A stretch of DNA of 64,000 nucleotides from Octopus vulgaris (lineage: Eukaryota): assembly GCA_951406725.2 (NCBI GenBank), contig OX597836.1:7316001-7380000 (forward strand), written 5' to 3'. A model generated the notes under the pieces. The model had not been told where the DNA came from and did no database searches. It worked only from the letters and a program-made list of their open reading frames with translations. Shown here piece by piece: positions 53,994-64,000 of the stretch. Numbering within the stretch: the first letter of the stretch is position 1; every line of letters begins with the position of its first letter. The position numbers were made by a program, and so were the translations under genes.

Positions 53994-54599
53994 CTGAAAA
54001 TAGAATAAAACAGAAATTAGAGATAATTGAATAATCATATATTTAAAGGGATTAGAATGACAAGCAAATACAATGTTATGTTATGAACTTCATTGGCTTA
54101 CTGCTGTTTCTGCTATGATGCAATGCACTCATAGTTGAATGAGTGTCACCTCATAGCTTCATCAGAGCTGCAAACATGAAGTGCAATTTTATTTGGAAAA
54201 ACATATACATTTATATATATATATATATATATACAAGCAAAACTCCCCCTCCACCCACCCGTCCAATGGACGGTGCTGAGTTGTCAAACATTCAAACCAA
54301 ATTTTCTCAAAACAAAGGCCTCCCTTTGAGAAACACTGATTTAACCTAAATTTGAGACACCAGCAAAAGAAGAAATAAAGATAGACTTTTTTTCTATTCC
54401 AAAGAAAAACGATTTTATTCACACAAATATGCAACCGAAGAGTTTAAAGTACCAGTAATGATAAGGCTGTTGACTGGGAGAACACAAACATGGTTTAAAC
54501 AGTAAGCTTGGCAGGAAAGAAACGTGCCTTTAAGCAGTACAAGAACAACAAAAAATGGAAGGTGCAGTTATGTACAGGTTGATGGAAGAAAAGCAGGAC

Positions 54600-54777
54600 A
54601 AAAACGGCTTTATCGATCACATTCTCACAATCGATTTTTGTAATTTTTTCAAGACTTATACACGGCCTGATACCGTCTGTATCTACACATCAAATTTGAG
54701 CGCAATTGGATGGAGGATGCCCAAGTTCCTAGAAGACACACAGACAGACAGACTGAATGGATTTTATATAATAGATA
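54600..54777 (-). mobile_element. Non-autonomous Helitron/Helentron-like (DINE-1/HINE-style) 5' fragment
   Basis: Minus strand starts tctattatataaaa...gtctgtctgtctgt...ccaattgcgctcaaatttg; similar start at about 46448 on plus; class from recalled architecture only. Confidence 0.35.
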
Positions 54778-55089
54778 TAGATACAGAAAAGCACTGCCTA
54801 CCAATGAAAAAACATCAATATATGTAGGAAATGAATTTAGGAGTTTGAGTGGGAGAAGCCCTTCCCAGAATGAGAATAAGATAATTTTATCTATACCTGT
54901 GTGCATAAAGAGAGGTATATGAAGAACTTTTCTGTAAAGAAGTAAAAAAAAGAAACAAATGAAAATATGTCCCAGGAATAGAGATAGATTGAAAGATACA
55001 GGATCCAAGACAATGAGAGAAAGAGAAAAAGAGTGGAAAAATAGATAGACAGAATGATAGACTGACACACACGCACACACGTATATATA

Positions 55090-55830
55090 AGTCGACTCTG
55101 AAAGGATGAAAGGCAAAGATGACTTCGACAGGATGTAAGGCAAAAATCAACTCTGAAAGAATGAAAGGCAAAGTCAGCCACGAAAGGATGAAAGGCAAAA
55201 ATCGACCCCGAAAGGATGAAAGGCAAAGTCGACCTTGAAAGAATGAAAGGCAAAGTCAGCCCTGAAAGGATCATCATCATCATCATCATCATCGTTTAGC
55301 GTCCGCTTTCCATGCTAGCATGGGTTGGACGGTTCTACTGGGGTCTGTGAAGCCAGAAGGCTTCATCAGGCCCAGTCAAATCTGGCAGTGTTTCTACGAC
55401 TGGATGCCCTTCCTAACGCCAAGGCAAACGATGAAAGGCAAAATTGACCCCCAAAAGGATGTAAGTTGACTCTGACAGGATGTAAGGCAAAGTGGACCCC
55501 AAAAGAATGAAAGGCAAAGTCAGCCCTAAAAGCATGAAAGCCAAAATCGACCCCAAAAGGATGAAAGGCAAAATTGACCCCGAAAGGATAAAAGGCAAAA
55601 TTGACCCCAAAAGGATGTAAGGCAAAGTGGATCCCAAAAGGATAGAAGGCAAAGTTGACCCCAAAAGTATGAAAGGCTTTGTCAGCTCTGAGAGGATGTA
55701 AGGCAGAGTTGACCCCAAAAGGATGAAAGCTAAAGCCAACCTCAGCAGAATATGAACTCTGAACATAGAACCAGAAGAAATGCTTAGCAGAATTTTGTCC
55801 AGGTTGCTAACAATTTTGCCAGCTCAACAC
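55090..55830 (-). repeat. 27-bp minisatellite (~18 units) amplified inside a SINE B, interrupted by a SINE D at 55271-55423
   Basis: Unit rtcgaccccgaaaggatgaaaggcaaa; normal SINE B head resumes after 55735. Confidence 0.92.
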
Positions 55831-56512
55831 TTTAATGATAATGAAAATAATAAAAACAAAAACCAAGGTAGGACGTATCTTATTAGCTAGAACGAATCTA
55901 AACCACCATGGTTGAAACTGAACCATAAATGGCTCAGCAAGCTTTGATGATGTTCTGAACATTGCCTTAATTAGTGGACCGTTAATTGCTAGATACACTA
56001 TGTCACACACACACACACACACACATATAAAAACACAAATACTCAGAAGCAGGCACAGACATACACAGTGAGAGAGGGAGACACACACACACACACACAC
56101 ACACAATACACACATACACAACACACACAACATACACACACACATACACACACTGTTGCTAACATGTTTTTGCATAAAACAAGGAAATAAATTAACACAA
56201 GAAAGATATGCAGAATAATTTTTATTACTACTACCACCACCACCACCACCACTACTACCACTACTACTACATGCTTCCTCCTCTCGCAATGGACACGACC
56301 ACTACTCCTGGTAGTTTTTAGTTAACTCTTTCAAGTGGACTCCATTTTGTGGGTTTTTTCTTCCTTTTCGTTAGTTGATTGAGATAGCTGACTCCCCTCC
56401 CCTCCACCATCTCGTAATATCTAATTTGTGTTTAGACAGAAAAATCCCCAATCACAATTCAGGAATAAAAATATGTGTGTGTGTCTGTGTGTGTGTGTGT
56501 GTGTGTGTATAG

Positions 56513-56885
56513 TGGCACTCCATCGATTATGACGACGAGGATTCCAGTTGATCTGATCAACGGAACAGTCTGCTCTTGAAATTAACGTGCAAGTGGCCGA
56601 GCACCCCACAGACACATGTACCCTTAAAGTAGTTCTCGGGGAGATTCAGCGTGACACAGAGTGTGACAAGGCTGGCCCCTTTGAAATACAGGTACAACAG
56701 AAACAGGAAGAAAGAGTGAGTGAAAGTTGTGGTGAAAGAGTGCAACAGAGTTTGCCCCCCTCCCTGCCAGAGCCTCGCATGGCTGTAAGTGTTTACGCTC
56801 AATAAACACAACGCCCGGTCTGGGAATTGAAACTGCGATCCTACGGCCGTGAGTCCACTGCCCTAACCACTGAGCCATTGTGATT
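56513..56885 (-). mobile_element. SINE family C
   Basis: Aligns with 59563-59941. Confidence 0.85.
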
Positions 56886-56914
56886 CGCCATAATAGATCA
56901 CTAACCACTATATC

Positions 56915-56958
<44 letters not shown>

Positions 56959-57444
56959 CACCATCATCATCATCATCATCTAACATCCCTTTTTCCATGC
57001 ATACAATGATCTTTTTCACAGTTTCTGTCATGCAAACAACACAGCTGTGTATTTCTCAAGAGAAATCAAGAACCAGCAGACTTTAGGTGCCTGGACATCC
57101 AATTCTGGTAAAAAGACAGGACAGCCCCAAAATTGAGGCCCAAAAAAATCAAAAAGCAAATCGTATGCTTTCAAAGTTGTTAAGACAAGAAAAAGGGGTC
57201 ACTTACACCTACATCATTACAGAAGTGAAGGTTTGTATTATTAAACCCTCTCTGTTTATTGTGATTGATCCTTTCATGCATGCACACAGATGTGGGTGGA
57301 CCAAGCCCTAAACCCCTAACCCTTATTCATCCCTTCATTAATGGAACTACAGCTAAAAATGGCAAACTTGAAACTTGTGGAATCATTTATTGAGGAAATG
57401 TGACATAGTCAATATATAATAATAATAAATGATTATAATAATGT

Positions 57445-57500
<56 letters not shown>

Positions 57501-58566
57501 TAATAATAATAATAATAATAATGATAACAACAACAAACTTTAATGTATTTCACACACACACACACAGAGTATACAGAGACCCACTCACACACATGCACAA
57601 AGACAACTTTCACACTTATGTAACGTATGGTGCACATCTGTAAGATATACATATACACACTCCAAACATACATGTGTAAACATATGAAATACAATATATA
57701 CACATATGTAACATGATTTTTAGGTCATATACCCCCCCATACACCCACACACATATATGTGCATACATAAAATATGACATATACACAACACACAAACACG
57801 TGACATACATACAATACATACACACATGTAATACGAATTATAGATGCATATATACACACACATATGCATGCTTATATACGCATACACATGCACATGACTT
57901 ACAGCTTATAAGTATCAGCTAAGAAAGAAACCTCTAGCATGATGAACTGAACTGCAAGAAATAACAGTCAAATGTCCCTCATATCATGCCTTGTTGTGTT
58001 GAAAGAAAAAGGAAATAAACAAAGGATACATCGGATAAGGGAATCCGAGATGTAAGCCATGAATGAATCCCACCTCCCCAAAAAGAGGAAGCAGTGTTAA
58101 CAGGTGGAATGAATTTGATCCCAAATTTTCTGTATCAAAACTGAGCTGGATTTTAACAACACCTCATTCATCATCATCATTGTCGTCCTCATTCGAAGTG
58201 GGTGAGCAAACCAACCCCAACCAGTTGGTAGTCACAACACGAGTCGTATTATTCATCTTTTTGATTGCTGAGAACAGAACGCGGCTCGCAAGCTCCCGTC
58301 CCCTCCCGTTCGGGTGGTTTTCATCTCATCCTTGTATGCCAATCTGTCACAAGGTTACCCATTTACAGCCAAATGGACCGGAGCATCCCGGTCAAGTCAC
58401 CTGCCTGCAAATAAATTCCTCTCTACACTTAAAAGATTTTGGTGCTCCTATATATGCGTAATTCAAAATATTAAAACAATAATAAACCATAACATAAATC
58501 ATTTTTCGAAACGAAACAAACCTAACAAGACGGAAAATAATGTTGAGTTTTGTATACTTTTATTCT

Positions 58567-58970
58567 AGGCACAGCAGTGGCTGTGTGGTAAGTAACTTGC
58601 TTACCAACCACGTGGTTCTGGATTCATTCCCACTGTGTGGCACCTTGGGCAAGTTCTTTCTACTATAGCCTTGGGCTGACCAAAGCCTTGTGAGTGAATT
58701 TGGCAGACAGAAACTGAAAAGAAGCCCATCGTATATATGTATATATATATATGTGTGTATGTGTCTGCGTTTGTCCCCCCAACATCGCTTGACAACCGAT
58801 GCTGGTGTGTTTACGTTCCTGTAACTTAGCAGTTCAGCAAAAGTGACCGATAGAATAAGTACTAGGCTTACAAAGAGTAAGTCCTGGGGTCGATTTGATT
58901 CGACTAAAGGCGGTGCTCCAGCATGACCGCAGGCAAATGACTGAAACAAGTAAAAGAGTAAAAGAGTAAA
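58567..58970 (+). mobile_element. SINE family A, full length
   Basis: Near consensus. Confidence 0.9.
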
Positions 58971-59190
58971 GTTTGCTCCTGCTTTTTGTAGTTGCAAAGT
59001 CTTTGATCAGATCCTCAAAATTAATCACACCTGGTAACACACCTGATAATTAGATTTCCGATCCTATAAACCATTTGGAATATTATTCTAGCAAAACTAA
59101 AGTGATTTCTTGTGTGCTGTAAACCATTTACTATTTCTTTGGTTCCCCCCTCCCAACTTCCCTTGATGTCCCTAAGCACATGCTTATTCT

Positions 59191-59480
59191 GTGGAGGCAC
59201 ATGGCTGAGTGGTTAGAGCAGTGAACTTGCGGTCGAGGGATCGCGGGTTCGAATCTCAGACTGGGTGATGTGTGTGTTTATGAGCGAAACACCTAAGCTC
59301 CACACAGCTCCGAAAGAAGGTAATGGCAAACTTCTGCTGACTCTTTCGCCACAACTTTCCTCCTGCATCTTGCAGCTCACCTGCGACGACTGGTGTCCCG
59401 TCCAGGTGAGGAACCTATACGCCAAGGAAACCGGGAAACCGGCCCTTATGAGCCAAGCATGGCTTGAGAAGGAACAAACA
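59191..59480 (+). mobile_element. SINE with family C-like head and a different tail
   Basis: ggaggcacatggctgagtggttagagc...ggttcgaatc; acatgcttattctg recurs on both sides (TSD-like). Confidence 0.75.
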
Positions 59481-59562
59481 TGCTTATTCTGCTTGATGAT
59501 TAATCCAACGCTGTCCCTACATTTGCAAAACGCCAAGATTGCTGCCTGGTTTCTTTCTCTGG

Positions 59563-59941
59563 AAGCACTCCGTTGGTTACGACGACGAGGGTTCTGGTTG
59601 ATCCGAATCAACGGAACAGCCTGCTCGTGAAATTAACGTGTAAGTGGCTGAGCACTCCACAGACACGTGTACCCTTAACGTAGTTCTCAGGGATATTCAG
59701 CGTGACACAGAGAGTGACAAGGCCGGCCCTTTGAAATACAGGTACAACAGAAACAGGAAGTAAGAGTGAGAGAAAGTTGTGGTGAAAGAGTACAGCAGGG
59801 ATCACCACCATCCCCTGCCGGAGCCTCGTGGAGCTTTAGGTGTTTTCGCTCAATAAACACTCACAACGCCCGGTCTGGGAATCGAAACCACGATCCTATG
59901 ACCGCGAGTCCGCTGCCCTAACCACTGAGCCATTGCGCCTC
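59563..59941 (-). mobile_element. SINE family C, near-intact
   Basis: CpG-retaining copy with tRNA-like head. Confidence 0.9.
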
Positions 59942-60558
59942 CCTGCTTTCTTTAGCTGAGTGATGAATCCTTCCTTTCTCAAATCAATTCTCTGCTGCAT
60001 TTCTGAGTGTGCAAACGGTTTACTGCTGCATTTCAGTCTGTGCAATGATTCCTCGCTGCATGTTAAAGTGCGCAGTTAAATGGCTTTCGCTATATCTAGA
60101 ACACTGGTAGGTCGTGCTTAGTAGGGCAGCTTACTACCCATGTGCCAGAGGGTTACAACGTCAACAACAACAATACAAACTTATTTTCCCTCAACATCAC
60201 AAACATAGGGATTAAAAAGATTAAAAGACTTAATCTCCAATAGTATTCAAATAACTTATATATAGCCTTATCTTATATATATATATATATATATTATTAT
60301 TATTATTATACATACACACCTTATATTCTTCTAGTACTAAAAATATATTTCTTAAACAAAGGCAAAAATTTAAGGCATTGTTACTGTTGCTCAGCCCCAA
60401 GGCAGTACCATATACAAGCAACTAATAATAATAATAATAATAATAATAATAAGATTATATAGGACTGAGGTAACTCCTCCAGAAGTTATACAGAAATAAA
60501 AATAAAAATAGATGTCAAAATATCGTTCAACCAATTTCACATGATAACTATGGCACTC

Positions 60559-60606
<48 letters not shown>

Positions 60607-60607
<1 letters not shown>

Positions 60608-61141
60608 CCAGATACTGGCTCTCATGGCTTCTGATCTTAACTGGTTGGAAGTGTTATCATGTACATTGTTTTGTCTTGGTATAAAAGATGGGCTGCAGCA
60701 AATATTCTGCTCAATACCACAGATTTGCTTGTCAGTTGTTTGACCTTAACCAGTTGACCATGTCCCTTAGTGGCTGACGATATGTGCATCTCTGATCACG
60801 AGCAGAAGTAGTGGGGGAGCATTATAGCCATGTGTTGCCAGGAATTCTTTGGGGTTTCAATAACTGCTCTCTGGAAACATGGCTGTTTTGTTCATCATCT
60901 TAAACAAACCTTATTCAGGGACCATTTGAGCAGGTCGGGGCTACTTGACCAGAAGAAAATTCTAACTGGGCTCCACCCGCAAGGCCATGCACTATTTATC
61001 TTGATATGAGAACACCATTTTGCACACATATGGTTGTGATGCATGTGCCTGGTGTACCCTTATCAGACAGTCATGATGGGTGTACTGGACTTCATGTATT
61101 TTACCTCAGTCACTTTGATGGCAAGCACTACTCTCTCACTC
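60607..61141. mobile_element. Unclassified ~535-bp insertion between (TAA)n tracts
   Basis: Sharp boundaries against (AAT)n on both sides; higher GC than flanks; no clear ORF. Confidence 0.45.
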
Positions 61142-61185
<44 letters not shown>

Positions 61186-61187
<2 letters not shown>

Positions 61188-61670
61188 GATGACCTAAAAC
61201 TGTACGCTACAAAAGATAAACAGATGGAAACATTACTACATGAACTTGCCAAAGAAATAGATATGAAATTTGGCTTAGAAAAATGTGCCAAAGCAACCTT
61301 GAAAAGAGGAAAACTAGTTAAGAGTATCAAACATTACACTAGATAAAGCAAATGAAATAAGAGAATTAGACCAAAGCCAGACATACAAATATTTAGGAAT
61401 CAATGAACTAGATACAACACACATAAATGAAAGAGAAAATAAAAAAGAATACTATAGGCGAGTTAGATTAATACTGAAAACAGAGCTCAACGTGAAAAAC
61501 AAGATAATAGGTATCAACTCTTTAGCCGTCCCAGTTATAAGTTACAGTCGCAATATCCTTAACTGGACAAATCAAAATAGACACGAAAACAAGAAAAATA
61601 ATGACAGGATTTAGGATGCACCACCCAAAATCTGACATAGAAAGGTTATATATACAATATATAGAAGGTA
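61186..61670 (+). mobile_element. R4/Dong-like reverse transcriptase fragment after (TAA)n
   Basis: MDDLKLYA...MKFGLEKCAKATLKRGKL...YKYLGI...MHHPKSDIERLY; frameshifted. Confidence 0.88.
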
Positions 61671-61794
61671 AACCAAAAGAAATGCAGCAAAACATTTTTT
61701 CCAATGTACAAAGAATTCTGTTGGTTGGGAAGCAAAATTCTTAACCAAATAGTCACCCCTGCACTGCTCTTGCTGTCTGTCTCTCTTTTTTATA

Positions 61795-62211
61795 TAGGAG
61801 TGGCTGTATGGTAAGTAGCTTGCTTACCAACCACATGGTCCTGGGTTCAGTCCCACTGCATGGCACCTTGGGCAAGTGTCTTCTATTATAGCCTCAGCCT
61901 GACCAAAGCCCTGTGAGAGGATTTGGTAGACAGAAACTGAAAGAAGCTCGTCATATGTACATATATATATATATGTATGTGTGTGTATATGTTTATGTAT
62001 CTGTGTTTGTCCCCCCCCCCACCCAAACATCGCTTGACAACTGATGCTGGTGCATTTACTTCCCTGTAATATAGCAATTCGGCAAAAAAGATCAATAGAA
62101 TAAGTACTAGGCTTACAAAGGAATAAGTCCTGGGGGCGATTTGCTCGACTAAAGGCGATACTCCAGCATGGCCACAGTCAAATGACTGAAACAAGTAAAA
62201 GAATAAAAGAA
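61795..62211 (+). mobile_element. SINE family A
   Basis: Matches consensus. Confidence 0.9.
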
Positions 62212-62939
62212 TACTGTGTGTGTGTGTGTGTAGTTAGTAGTTAATAAACTGTATGGTATACACCTGGTAGTTTACCTGTAAAGCATGTTCACTTTCACAG
62301 TGTTCATTGCGTATTTTATTAATGAGAGAGAGAGACAGGAGATGGATGATACAAGAATGTCTATTGTAATCACCTGAAGAGATACATCTACACCAACAGA
62401 TGCACCTAAACCAGTTGTTCAGTATCCCATCCATGAGGGATTGATGCTAGATGGGTCGAAACAATTGTAGTGATCAATAAACATTCTCGTATCTTCTATC
62501 TTCCATCTCTTTCGTTAATCAAATATATGTGGGGTGGGGGTGGGGTGGCAATGGTTAGGGTATTATACTCATGAACATATGGTTGTGGTTTCCGTTCCTG
62601 GACCAGGTAATGAGTTGTGTTCTTGAGCAAGACACTTCATTTCATGTTGCTCCAGTCCACTCAGCTGGCATGAACGATTAATTCTGTGCTGGACCAGCAT
62701 CCCATCCAGGTGGAGCAAAGAGTGGGGAACATATACATCACGGAATCTGAGAAACTGGCCTTTTCAGCCCATGGCACGGAAAGGACCTTTGATCCTTCTT
62801 TTTACACATGCACACACACACACACACACACATGGTGTGCTTAGTACAGTTTCCATCTACCTGTACAAGGAACTGCACAGTGAGATTGAACCCAAAACCA
62901 CAAGCATGTGAAACAGACTTCTTGACCACACTACCAATG

Positions 62940-62976
<37 letters not shown>

Positions 62977-63439
62977 ACGTGTGCAGCATGCTCAGTAAAG
63001 TTTCCATCCACCAAATCCATGAGGTATTGATCAGCCCAGGGCTACAACAGAAGGTATTTGTCCAAGGAACTGGATAAGTGAGACTGAACCCAAAACCACA
63101 AGGTTACAAAACAGACTTCTTAACCACACAACCAATGTTTACACACACACACACACAGCTTTATATTTACGTAACTATTTATAACGCAAAACTGAACTGA
63201 GTGTTATTGTGGTTAATTTTTGCACCACAAAATAAACAAAGACACACTTTAATTGGTTGTTTTTAATTGGGTATTTTTACCTCAATTGCTCTTTTCAATA
63301 TTTTTGAGTTTTCCTTAGTCTTTCCCCCTCAAAGACATCACAATTAACTCTTTCTGTTTGTCTAAGCACCAAAGAAACACTCTCAATCACGCACTTATCA
63401 AATTCTTTGCTTATATTTGGTTTCTTCTTTTGTTCTTTC

Positions 63440-63470
<31 letters not shown>

Positions 63471-63487
63471 TACAAGCAAGTGCTGCT

Positions 63488-63925
63488 GTAAAATCTTCAA
63501 AGCCACAGTCGAACCAATTCTACTATATGGCTCAGAAACCTGGACGTTATCAAAGAAGCTTGAGAGGCAGTTGGATGGAACCTACACTCGCCTCCTTATG
63601 AGAGCTCAAAATCTCTCATGCAAGCGCCATCCAACCAAAGTACAAATATATGGGAAACTACCACCTGTATCATCTCTTGTGAAAGGTAGAAGAGTCTAGT
63701 TTACTGGACATTGTTGTAGAGCTGAAAACGAGGTAATTTCTACTCTTCTCCTCTGGAAGCCATCTGCTCGCGATACCAGAGGGCGCACACTCTCTTACTC
63801 TGATGTAATCTCCAGGGATACAGGCATCCAGCAACAGGACCTCCGTAATGCTATGATGGACCGTGAAGTCTGGCATAGCATGGTAAATTCCATTGTCTCG
63901 ACCACGGTCGAACAATGAATGAAAT
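63488..63925 (+). mobile_element. RTE-like LINE 3' end
   Basis: KIFKATVEPILLYGSETWTL...RRV*FTGHCCR...NAMMDREVWHSMV; one internal stop; short tgaa tail. Confidence 0.9.
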
Positions 63926-64000
63926 GCTACTGTCATGTAAGTGGTGTCGTTTGTTGACAATCTTCTGCATAAACGTGTCTTGCGCTGTGAGGAAATATTA

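Noticed and set aside
55090-55745. CRISPR-like periodic array
   Set aside because: Units are contiguous with no unique spacers, derive from a SINE, and there are no cas genes; eukaryotic context

Overview
Eukaryotic, AT-rich, extremely repeat-dense DNA. The SINE families and microsatellite style suggest a coleoid cephalopod, probably Octopus (inference from recalled repeat sequences, not a search). No complete protein-coding gene, rRNA, true tRNA gene or CRISPR array is supported, and nearly all ORFs in the supplied track are microsatellite or SINE artefacts. Identifiable content: at least five SINE families; 5'-truncated or partial LINE remnants (RTE, CR1/L2-like, and R4/Dong-like elements in (TAA)n); two internally deleted Tc1/mariner elements; hAT and TTAA MITEs; and two degenerate hammerhead-ribozyme cores of the Penelope-associated type. 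Short unique-sequence islands lie between the repeats. The most interesting signal is a set of minus-strand splice signals: two 3' splice sites fused directly to GTGAGT (recursive-splicing or ratchet-point architecture, at 53993 and 20501) and a CpG-rich promoter-like island (about 32.65-32.87 kb) with a strong donor at 31979. Together these suggest the window is inside a very long minus-strand intron that may be removed stepwise. A weaker, post-hoc chain of phase-compatible plus-strand exon candidates is also reported. All gene-structure calls are hypotheses that need RNA-seq.
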